Origin: Armatimonadota bacterium
Lineage (GTDB): Bacteria; Bacillota; Desulfotomaculia; Desulfotomaculales; Nap2-2B
NCBI GenBank assembly: GCA_023511535.1
Contig: JAIMBK010000009.1
Coordinates: 643-64,642 of the forward strand
Direction: 5' to 3'
DNA: 64,000 nucleotides
Positions 27,720 through 35,010 of the stretch are shown here, piece by piece. The notes below the pieces were generated by a model. The model saw only the letters and a program-made list of their open reading frames with translations. It was not told the origin of the DNA and searched no databases. The position numbers and the translations under genes were made by a program. The number at the start of each line of letters is the position of its first letter. The first letter of the stretch is position 1.

Positions 27720-28684
27720 AGCTGATGACCGCAAAAAGCTGGCTAACGCCAACCATCATTGCCGTCGTGGCGCTCGTCCTTCCCTTCCTCTTGCGGGACC
27801 CTTACCCCCAGCACATTTTAATTATGATTCTGATCTGGGCCACGCTGGGGACGGCCTGGAATCTTTTAGGCGGTTACGCGGGGCAGGTATCCTTTGGACA
27901 CGCGGCTTTTTTCGGCCTGGGTGCTTATTCCGCCGGATTGTTGTTTTTGCACCTAAAAATTTCCACCTGGTGGGGGATGCTGCTGGGTCCGTTTGTAGCT
28001 ACGGCGGTGGCCGTTCCCATCGGTTTAATCTGTTTTCGCCTAAGAGGTCCCTACTTTGCGCTGGCTACCCTGGCTTTGGGGGAGATCTTCCGCCTGGTTT
28101 TTACCAACTGGGTAAAGTTCACCCACGGGGCACAAGGGATCTTAATTTTAAGCACCTTTCCCACCAAACTGCCGTACTATTACATCGCGCTGGCCATTTG
28201 GGGGCTGGCCATGTTTACGCTGAACCGGCTGATTAACTCCAAGCTGGGTTATTATTTCGTTTCCATCCGCGAGGACCAGGACGCCGCCGAGTCACTGGGC
28301 ATTCCTACCACCCGGTACAAAATGTACGCCTTTTTGCCCAGCGCTTTTTTAGCGGGGCTGACCGGCGCTTTTTACATGAACTACATCGCCTTTATCGATC
28401 CCCACGTGGTCTTTTCCCTGGGTGACATTTCGGTGATGGTGATCCTGGTCGTGATGATGGGCGGCGTGGCCAACCCGTGGGGGGCGCCGGTGGGCGCGGC
28501 CATTTATATCGCCCTCAACGAAATTTTCCGCGCCTGGCTGGGATCGGCGAACGTACTGGCTTTCGGCATCCTCGTCTGCCTGGTCATTTTGTTTTTGCCC
28601 AACGGTGTGATGGGCGAACTGGGCCAGATTCGGCGGACAGCCTTCCGGCAGAAACCTGCCGCGGCGGGAGGGGGGCAAAAATGA
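27716..28684 (+). CDS. livM: branched-chain amino acid ABC transporter permease (LivM-like)
   Basis: GYAGQVSFGHAAFFGLGAY motif. Overlaps the livH stop. Confidence 0.85.
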   Translation: MKLMTAKSWLTPTIIAVVALVLPFLLRDPYPQHILIMILIWATLGTAWNLLGGYAGQVSFGHAAFFGLGAYSAGLLFLHLKISTWWGMLLGPFVATAVAVPIGLICFRLRGPYFALATLALGEIFRLVFTNWVKFTHGAQGILILSTFPTKLPYYYIALAIWGLAMFTLNRLINSKLGYYFVSIREDQDAAESLGIPTTRYKMYAFLPSAFLAGLTGAFYMNYIAFIDPHVVFSLGDISVMVILVVMMGGVANPWGAPVGAAIYIALNEIFRAWLGSANVLAFGILVCLVILFLPNGVMGELGQIRRTAFRQKPAAAGGGQK

Positions 28685-29400
28685 GTTTTTTTGAAGTGAA
28701 AAATATCGTAAAAAATTTCGGCGGCCTCACTGCCGTAAACAACGTTAGTTTTACCGTGGAGAAGGGAGAAATTTTCGGCCTGATCGGCCCCAACGGGTCG
28801 GGCAAAACCACCATCTTTAACCTGATCAACCGTTTTTATCCTTTAACTTCCGGAGAAATCTACTTTCAGGGGCAGCGGATCGACGGCCTGCCCACCCATA
28901 AAATTTGCGAACTGGGGATCGGCAGAACCTTTCAAGTGGTCAAGCCGCTCCGGCGCATGACGGTCCTGGAGAACGTGATGGCCGGCGCGTTTTTGCACAC
29001 CGGCAGCATTGCCCGGGCCCGGGCGAAGGCTTTAGAGGTGCTGGATTTCTGTGCGCTGGCGCACCGCAAAGACGTGGAAGCGAAGAGCCTGACCATCGCC
29101 GACCGGAAGCGGCTGGAAATCGCCCGGGCCCTGGCGACGGAGCCCAAACTGCTGTTACTGGATGAAACAGCGGCAGGATTAAACCCAAAAGAACAAGAGG
29201 AGGCCATCGCCATTATTCAAAAAATACGGGATGCCGGGATTACGATTATTATCGTGGAACACGTGATGAAAGTCATCATGGGCATTTCCAACCGCATTCT
29301 GGCCATTAATTTCGGCCGGGAAATCGCCCGGGGCACGCCCCGGGAGATTGCCAATCATCCGGAGGTAATTAAAGCATATCTGGGTGATGCCTATGCTTAA
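28681..29400 (+). CDS. livG: ABC transporter ATP-binding protein (LivG-like)
   Basis: Walker A GPNGSGKTT, signature/Walker B LLLLDETAAGLNP. ATG 28681 overlaps the livM stop (ATGA). The longer 28477 ORF overlaps livM. Confidence 0.9.
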   Translation: MSFFEVKNIVKNFGGLTAVNNVSFTVEKGEIFGLIGPNGSGKTTIFNLINRFYPLTSGEIYFQGQRIDGLPTHKICELGIGRTFQVVKPLRRMTVLENVMAGAFLHTGSIARARAKALEVLDFCALAHRKDVEAKSLTIADRKRLEIARALATEPKLLLLDETAAGLNPKEQEEAIAIIQKIRDAGITIIIVEHVMKVIMGISNRILAINFGREIARGTPREIANHPEVIKAYLGDAYA

Positions 29401-30097
29401 AGTAGAGAATATCGACGTGGCTTACGGCGACTTACAGGTACTGTGGGACGTTTCTTTTACGGTGCAGGAAGGGGAGCTGCTGGCCCTGCTGGGGGCCAAC
29501 GGTGCGGGAAAAACCACTATTTTGAATACCATCTCCGGCCTGCTCCGCCCGCGCCGGGGGAGCATCCGTTTTTTGGGCGAAGAGATTAGCCGGGTGCCAG
29601 GACATAAACTGGCCGAACTGGGCATTGCCCACGTCCCGGAAGGGAGAAGACTTTTTCCCGAAATGACGGTGAAAGAAAACCTGGAAATGGGCTCTTTGTC
29701 CCCGGAAGCGAAAAAGAAAAGAAAAGAAACCATGGAATGGGTCTACACGCTTTTCCCCATCCTCAAGGAAAGGCAGAACCAGGAAGCGGGTACTTTGAGC
29801 GGCGGACAGCAGCAAATGCTGGCCATCGGGAGGGGTCTGATGGCCCTCCCGAAGCTTTTGATGCTCGACGAACCCTCTTTGGGGCTGTCGCCGCTGCTGG
29901 TCAGCCAGGTCTTTGAGATTATCCAGGACATCAACCGGCAGGAAATTACGGTTCTGCTGGTGGAGCAAAACGTCATGCACGTTTTGAAAATGTGCTCGCG
30001 GGCCTACGTGCTGGAAAACGGCCGGCTTGTCCTGCAGGGAAGCGGGCCGGAACTGCTCAACAACCAGCATGTGAAGGAAGCGTATTTGGGAATTTGA
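29387..30097 (+). CDS. livF: ABC transporter ATP-binding protein (LivF-like)
   Basis: Walker A GANGAGKTT, signature LSGGQQQMLAIGRGL, Walker B LLMLDEPSLGLSP. Confidence 0.9.
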   Translation: MPMLKVENIDVAYGDLQVLWDVSFTVQEGELLALLGANGAGKTTILNTISGLLRPRRGSIRFLGEEISRVPGHKLAELGIAHVPEGRRLFPEMTVKENLEMGSLSPEAKKKRKETMEWVYTLFPILKERQNQEAGTLSGGQQQMLAIGRGLMALPKLLMLDEPSLGLSPLLVSQVFEIIQDINRQEITVLLVEQNVMHVLKMCSRAYVLENGRLVLQGSGPELLNNQHVKEAYLGI

Positions 30098-30103
30098 GAG
30101 ATA

Positions 30104-30162
30104 GGGATTAGACCCTCATGCCGTTTTTCGGGGCATCAACAGATGGCGAAAATAATCGAATG
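30104..30162 (+). repeat. direct repeat, left copy (flanks MITE-like copy A2)
   Basis: GGGATTAGACCCTCATGCCGTTTTTCGGGGCATCAACAGATGGCGAAAATA matches 30303-30358 (GGAAATTAGACTTGCATGCCGTTTCCGGCAGCATCATAGAGATGAAAATA). Each copy contains a small ATGCC/GGCAT-type hairpin. Confidence 0.7.
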
Positions 30163-30165
30163 CTG

Positions 30166-30281
30166 TTTTCAGGGCAAAGGTATAAAGGGGGTACAGAGGC
30201 ACAAAGAAACAGGTGTAACCAGAGAATATTTTTACTTTGTGCCTTTGTGCGTGGGATACTTTGTGCCTGATCTTTTCAGGG
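30166..30281 (-). repeat. MITE-like inverted-repeat element, copy A2 (GGCACAAAG family)
   Basis: Bounded by TTTTCAGGG at both ends (30166-30174, 30273-30281). Its reverse complement aligns with copy A1 along its full length, including the 18-nt identical core AAGATCAGGCACAAAGT. Confidence 0.75.
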
Positions 30282-30302
30282 TACAGGGTAGGGTTGGAGG
30301 TT

Positions 30303-30358
30303 GGAAATTAGACTTGCATGCCGTTTCCGGCAGCATCATAGAGATGAAAATACAGATG
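30303..30358 (+). repeat. direct repeat, right copy (flanks MITE-like copy A2)
   Basis: See 30104-30162. Confidence 0.7.
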
Positions 30359-30428
30359 CCGGACGGTTGCCTGCCCGGTAGTTGGCGGAGCCGGACGGCA
30401 TTAATTTTGTGTTCGGGCAGGAATTATC

Positions 30429-30458
30429 TTGCGCGACAGGAATTTACTATGGTATAAT
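30429..30458 (+). promoter_or_regulatory. sigma-A type promoter (extended -10) upstream of rplS
   Basis: TTGCGC (30429-30434), 18-nt spacer ending in TGG, TATAAT (30453-30458). Confidence 0.6.
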
Positions 30459-30526
30459 AACTCCTGTTGATCAGAAGTGGTCGAGCACCGGAAGAAGAAG
30501 CGCCGGAGAAAGGGGGTCAACAGGCA

Positions 30527-30867
30527 TGCATCTCGTGCAATCTTTGGAACAGGAACAGACGAAAACCGGTCTCCCCGATTTCAGGCCCGGAGATACGGTC
30601 CGTGTTCATTTTAAGGTAACTGAGAGCGGCCGGGAACGGATCCAGGTTTTTGAAGGAACAGTGATCAGACGCCGGGGCGGCGGCCTGGGGGAAACTTTTA
30701 CCGTGCGTCGCGTGTCATACGGGGTGGGCGTCGAAAGGACGTTTCCCCTTCATTCCCCGAAAATTGAACGCCTGGAGGTGGTTCGCCGGGGCCGCGTCCG
30801 GCGAGCCAGGCTGTATTACCTGCGCAAGTTGCGGGGGAAGGCTGCGCGCATTCAAGACAGGCGATAG
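30527..30867 (+). CDS. rplS: 50S ribosomal protein L19
   Basis: [55 protein letters not shown] 30527 follows AAAGGGGG. Confidence 0.94.
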
Positions 30868-30884
30868 CTGTTTTTTCGCCTGAA

Positions 30885-30912
30885 AAAGGGACTGCAGGGC
30901 AGTCCCTTTTTG
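30885..30912 (+). terminator. intrinsic terminator after rplS
   Basis: AAAGGGACTGC / GCAGTCCCTTT stem with AGG loop, then TTTTTG. Confidence 0.7.
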
Positions 30913-30931
30913 CCATCCGGAGGTGAATTTG

Positions 30932-31498
30932 ATGCCCGCGGTTGAACAGGACCGTCACCCGGTCCAGCCTGCTTCCGGCCGGACAAAAGATAAATCCACG
31001 GCGGTAGAAATCATCGAATCCATTGTCATCGCCGTATTGCTGGCCGCCTTAATCAGAATGTTTATTCTGGCCCCCTTTTACATCCCTTCGGGCTCGATGA
31101 TTCCCACCCTTTTAGAGGGCGACAGGATTATTGTAAGCAAAATAACCTACCGTTTCCGGGCGCCGCAAAGGGGGGACATTGTGGTTTTCAAGTACCCGCG
31201 CGATCCCAGCCGGGACTACGTCAAGCGATTGATCGGTTTGGGCGGGGAAACGGTGGCCTTAAAAAATAACCGCCTGTATATTAACGGCGAGCTTGTGCCC
31301 GAAAATTACCTTCCTTCCGGTTTGCGCTTCAGCGACTACGGTCCCGTCCGCGTTCCGGAAGGGCACTACCTGATGCTCGGGGACAACCGCAACGTCAGCG
31401 AGGACAGCCGCTACTGGGGTCCCTTGCCGGAAAAAAACGTCATCGGCAAGGCGTTAATGATTTACTGGCCGCTGAACCGGATCAGGCTTTTGAACTGA
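30932..31498 (+). CDS. lepB: signal peptidase I
   Basis: Catalytic serine box IPSGSMIPTL, lysine box DYVKRLIG, GDNRNVSEDSRYWG. Confidence 0.9.
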   Translation: MPAVEQDRHPVQPASGRTKDKSTAVEIIESIVIAVLLAALIRMFILAPFYIPSGSMIPTLLEGDRIIVSKITYRFRAPQRGDIVVFKYPRDPSRDYVKRLIGLGGETVALKNNRLYINGELVPENYLPSGLRFSDYGPVRVPEGHYLMLGDNRNVSEDSRYWGPLPEKNVIGKALMIYWPLNRIRLLN

Positions 31499-31556
31499 AA
31501 GCACAAAGGCAGAAGGACAAAGGCACAAAGTTAACAGGCATAAAGGGACAAAGCTT
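31499..31556 (+). repeat. degenerate tandem 7-8-mer array (GNNCAAAG type)
   Basis: GCACAAAG GCAGAAG GACAAAG GCACAAAG TTAACAG GCATAAAG GGACAAAG, starting 1 nt after the lepB stop. A partially complementary CTGTGCCCTCTGCGGCTTTGTC lies at 31593-31614. Confidence 0.75.
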
Positions 31557-31631
31557 ACAGCTGCAGAGGCGTTTCATTCTTTCTCAGGTCTTCTGTGCCC
31601 TCTGCGGCTTTGTCAGGTGGGTGGGGGAAAA

Positions 31632-32587
31632 TGGAGAGCCAGTGGTTTGCCGGCCACATGGCCCGCGCGAAAAGGGTCATCAGGGAAAAGCTAAAATTAG
31701 TCGACGTGTTGATTGAGCTGGCTGACGCCAGAATTCCTTTGAGCAGCCGCTGCCCGGCGATTGCAGGCGTGCTGAAGGTCAAGCCCGGCCTGCTCGTTTT
31801 AAATAAGGCCGACCTTGCCGACCCGGAGTGGACCGGGCAATGGGTCAAATGGTTCCGCGCCCGGGGGGTAACTGCCATCCCATGCAATGCAGTGACCGGG
31901 CAGGGCGTGGCAGAAATCCTGCGGGAAATTTCCCGTTTAGCTTCCAGGAAAAAGAAAGAGAAAAAAGCCGGGAAATTCTCCGGACGAAACGATAATCTAC
32001 CATCCCCCGGTTTCCGGCCTCCCGCCGGCGGCCTCAGGTTCCCGACCTCCAACCTCCGACCTCCAACCTCCGACCCCCGGCCTCCAACCTCCATGATCGT
32101 GGGCATCCCCAACGTAGGCAAATCCACGCTGGTCAACCGTCTTGCCGGGAAAAGGGCGGCGCGCACCGGTCAGCTTCCCGGCTTGACCAGGGGGGAGCAG
32201 TGGATCAGGATTGCCGGGAAGCTGGAACTGCTGGATACCCCGGGGGTGCTGTGGCCGAAGCTGGCGGACCGGGAGGTTGCCCTTAAGCTGGCCGTTACGG
32301 GGGCCATTAAAGAGGAGTTGTTCGACGCCGGGGAGGCAGCCGCCTGGGTGCTGCAATGGCTGCTGGAGAACAAAAAAAGCGACCTTGCCGGGCGTTTCGG
32401 TCTGGCGGAGGAATTTTTGGAAATTGAACCCCTTTTGGAAGCGATTGGCAGAAAAAGGGGGTTTCTTGCCATCGGCGGGGTCGTAGACCGCCGGAAAACA
32501 GCTTTGCACATCTTGAAGGAATTCCAGTCCGGCAAGCTGGGCAGGCATACCCTGGAATATCCAGTAAATACAGGGGATAGGGGATAA
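31632..32587 (+). CDS. rbgA: ribosome biogenesis GTPase A (circularly permuted GTPase YlqF/RbgA) with repeat-encoded insertion
   Basis: WFAGHMARAKR, G4 LNKADL preceding G1 GIPNVGKST, DTPGVLWPK. Codons at about 31975-32092 are a Pro-rich low-complexity insert. Confidence 0.88.
32044..32092 (+). repeat. seven tandem RACCTCC heptamers inside the rbgA reading frame
   Basis: GACCTCC AACCTCC GACCTCC AACCTCC GACCCCC GGCCTCC AACCTCC, immediately before the ATG codon of MIVGIPNVGKS. Confidence 0.9.
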
Positions 32588-32625
32588 ATGATAGAGAATG
32601 GGGATGGGGATTTTGGTTTTGGGTG
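32573..32625 (+). repeat. GGGGATA/GGGGATT-type degenerate heptamer array spanning the rbgA stop
   Basis: GGGGATA GGGGATA AATGATA GAGAATG GGGATGG GGATTTT GGTTTTG GG. The rbgA TAA is at 32585-32587. Confidence 0.75.
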
Positions 32626-32769
32626 TTTTTAGCCGCAGGTGGTTGTTTTTTTCTTTCTGTAAGGAAGCGGAACGTTTACCCGGGCAAATCCAGCCGGAAA
32701 AATTCTTTCTGGTTAGCAGGGATTTGGACTTTCAGCTCGAAAAAATACTTATGGAGGATTAAACCCGCC

Positions 32770-33382
32770 ATGCCGGATCTCTTTCGTTACGAAAATGAGC
32801 TGCGCGCGCAGGGTTTTGCTTTAATTGCCGGGGTGGACGAGGCGGGGCGCGGCCCTCTGGCCGGTCCGGTGGTGGCCGCGGCAGTCATTTTACCGGAAAA
32901 AGAAAAGATAAATGAGGTAAATGATTCCAAAAAACTTTCCGCCGGGATGCGGGAAAAACTGGCGGCCTGCATCAAAAGGCTTGCCGTTGATTGGTCAATC
33001 GGTCTGGCAACCGTTCAGGAAATAGAGCTGCTCAACATCCACGGCGCGTCGCTGCTGGCCATGCGGCGGGCGGTGCAATCCCTGGGGATCGCCCCCCACT
33101 GCGTGATTGTGGACGGCCGTTTTGCGATTCCCGGTCTGAGCGCCGCCCAGTACGCCGTTACCGGGGGGGATGGTCTTTAGCGCTTCCATCGCGGCGGCTT
33201 CCATTCTCGCGAAGGTGACCAGAGACCACTTGATGCAGCTTTTCCACCAGCTTTACCCGGATTATGGCTTTGCACAGCACAAAGGTTACGGTACGGCCCT
33301 GCACCTGCAGAAGCTGTCCGCCCACGGCCCGTGCCCGCTCCACCGGGCGGGCTTCGGCCCGGTGAAGAAAATCAGGGGATAA
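32770..33382 (+). pseudogene. rnhB: ribonuclease HII, interrupted by a 1-nt frameshift near 33163-33173
   Basis: The N-terminal part (GVDEAGRGPLAGPVVAAAV ... DSKKLS ... VTGGD) ends at TAG 33178-33180. The C-terminal part ([16 protein letters not shown] ... HKGYGT ... HR) continues in the +1 frame from 33170. The shift lies in GGGGGGGATGG. Confidence 0.8.
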
Positions 33383-33478
33383 GACACAGAGGCAGAAGAG
33401 ACAAAGGCCCAAAGGTAAAAAGGGACAAAGGAGAGAGGGCCAAAGGCACTGAGAAAGAAAGAGAGAAAGAAAAGTTAA
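33383..33478 (+). repeat. degenerate tandem 8-mer array (purine-rich, ..AAAG/..AGAG units)
   Basis: GACACAGAG GCAGAAGAG ACAAAG GCCCAAAG GTAAAAAG GGACAAAG GAGAGAG GGCCAAAG GCACTGAG AAAGAAAG AGAGAAAG. It starts right after the rnhB stop. Confidence 0.75.
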
Positions 33479-33556
33479 TAGAGGTAAGCTAACTTCACGA
33501 GAAAACAGGTTATTTAATTCACATGGGCCTATTTTTTAAGAAAGGAGGGGAGAGGC

Positions 33557-33913
33557 TTGCTTTCGGATTGGGGAGCGGTGCTCATTTTCCTGGTTGTTGG
33601 TCTTGGCGTCGGAATCGGGGGGGTGGCCGTCAACCTTTTGCTCAATCCGCGCCGGAAATTTGCCCAAAAATACGAAACGTACGAATGTGGCGTGGATACC
33701 ATCGGCCCCACCTGGGTTCAGTTCAAGACCAGTTACTTTTTATACGCCCTGCTGTTTGTCATCTTTGACGTGGAAACAATTTTCCTGTACCCCTGGGCCG
33801 TGCAATTTCAAAGGCTGGGTTTGTTCGCCTTTATTGAGATGATTATTTTCATCTCTCTTTTAGTGATCGGCCTGTGGTACGCCTGGAAGGAAGGAGCGTT
33901 AGAATGGAAGTAA
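33557..33913 (+). CDS. nuoA: NADH-quinone oxidoreductase subunit A
   Basis: Three-TM protein with YECG and FDVE motifs. TTG start after AAAGGAGGGGAG. Confidence 0.88.
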   Translation: MLSDWGAVLIFLVVGLGVGIGGVAVNLLLNPRRKFAQKYETYECGVDTIGPTWVQFKTSYFLYALLFVIFDVETIFLYPWAVQFQRLGLFAFIEMIIFISLLVIGLWYAWKEGALEWK

Positions 33914-34443
33914 AGAACGATGCTCACCCGGTGGATTCCCTGACCAGAGATCCGGTGGTCGCCGGCGAATTAAAGCGCCTGATCCACATCGCCCCGCTGG
34001 AAAAGCTTTTCAACCTGGCCCGTGCCCACTCCCTCTGGCCCCTGGGTTTCGGGCTGGCCTGCTGCGCCATCGAAGGCCTGATGGCGGCCAATATGTCGCG
34101 CTTTGACCTGTCCAGGTTCGGTTACGAAGTGATGCGCGCCACCCCGCGGCAGGCCGACGTCATGCTGGTGGCCGGAACGGTGACCAAAAAAGCGGCTCCC
34201 TTCGTGGTGAAGCTCTACGAACAAATGGCGGAGCCCAAGTGGGTGATTGCCATGGGCAGCTGCGCCATTTCCGGCGGACCTTTTGTGGACTCCTATTACG
34301 TGGTGCCTGGAGTGGACAAACTGATCCCGGTGGACGTCTACATCCCGGGCTGCCCCCCGCGCCCGGAGGCGGTGATCGAGGGTTATTTAATGTTGCGGGA
34401 CAAGATTAAAAACCCGAAGGTGGTGGAACTGGCCCGTGGCTGA
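33904..34443 (+). CDS. nuoB: NADH-quinone oxidoreductase subunit B
   Basis: N2 cluster ligands [26 protein letters not shown]. Confidence 0.93.
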   Translation: MEVKNDAHPVDSLTRDPVVAGELKRLIHIAPLEKLFNLARAHSLWPLGFGLACCAIEGLMAANMSRFDLSRFGYEVMRATPRQADVMLVAGTVTKKAAPFVVKLYEQMAEPKWVIAMGSCAISGGPFVDSYYVVPGVDKLIPVDVYIPGCPPRPEAVIEGYLMLRDKIKNPKVVELARG

Positions 34444-34891
34444 TTACCAGTTGCCTGCAGAACTGCTCGAACAACTGAAAGAAAAGTTTCCGGCTCTCGA
34501 AATTACCGGCGATCAGGTGATGATCGCGCCGGCCGGGGACTTGTTCGCCCTGATGCAGGAGTTAAAGAATACTTACGGCTTTGATTTCTTAACCAACGTT
34601 ACGGCGGCCGACTACGCGGACCGTTTTGAAGTGGTGTACAACCTGATTTCCCTGGCGAACGGCTGCCTGCTGATGGTCAAGGTGCCCCTTCCGGACAAAG
34701 AAAATCCCGCCGTGCCTTCCCTTTGCCCGCTGTGGGCGGGGGCCGAATGGCAGGAAAGGGAAGTGTACGACTTGCTGGGAATTAACTTTACCGGGTACCC
34801 GGGCCACCCGACGCGCATCCTGCTGGACGACGGCTTCCAGGGACACCCGCTGCGCAAAGATTTTCAGTGGGAGGGCGGCCGAGAGCCCTAA
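34436..34891 (+). CDS. nuoC: NADH-quinone oxidoreductase subunit C
   Basis: 30-kDa subunit motif [18 protein letters not shown]-like ([22 protein letters not shown]). Confidence 0.88.
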   Translation: MADYQLPAELLEQLKEKFPALEITGDQVMIAPAGDLFALMQELKNTYGFDFLTNVTAADYADRFEVVYNLISLANGCLLMVKVPLPDKENPAVPSLCPLWAGAEWQEREVYDLLGINFTGYPGHPTRILLDDGFQGHPLRKDFQWEGGREP

Positions 34892-34916
34892 AATTAAAAG
34901 AATGAGGATAAGTGTT

Positions 34917-34984
34917 GGAATTAGGGAGTTACTGCCTTTCCCTAACCCCCAATCCCCAATCCCCAATCCCCAATCCCTAATTCC
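34917..34984 (+). repeat. hairpin with (CCCCAAT)n heptamer array between nuoC and nuoD
   Basis: GGAATTAGGGA (34917-34927) pairs with TCCCTAATTCC (34974-34984). The loop carries CCC TAA CCCCC AAT CCCC AAT CCCC AAT CCCC AAT CCC. The complementary strand is a G4-capable GGGGATT array. Confidence 0.85.
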
Positions 34985-35010
34985 TGCTTTTATATGGGAG
35001 AGGTGAAAAA

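Noticed and set aside
28477-28680. Upstream extension of the livG ORF
   Set aside because: It overlaps livM in another frame. The ATP-binding protein N-terminus (MSFFEVKNIVKNFGG) begins at ATG 28681, coupled to the livM stop.
30143-30457. 104-aa ORF in the livF-rplS spacer, with similar ORFs at 45351-45653 and 32623-32769
   Set aside because: They are read across the MITE-like and heptamer repeats, lack RBSs and have implausible Cys/Phe/Arg-rich sequences. They are by-products of repeats lacking stops in one frame.
30459-30526. L19 leader RNA upstream of rplS, and an S6:S18-binding leader upstream of rpsF (47136-47256)
   Set aside because: Both positions are right for these known Firmicute r-protein leaders and the rpsF leader is GC-rich and structured. 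I cannot verify the covariation-defined structures without a model scan, so they are not reported as features.
34917-34984. Heptamer arrays, here and at the other loci, as possible CRISPR arrays
   Set aside because: The period is 7-8 nt with no unique spacers, and total length is under 100 nt. There are no cas genes in the window.
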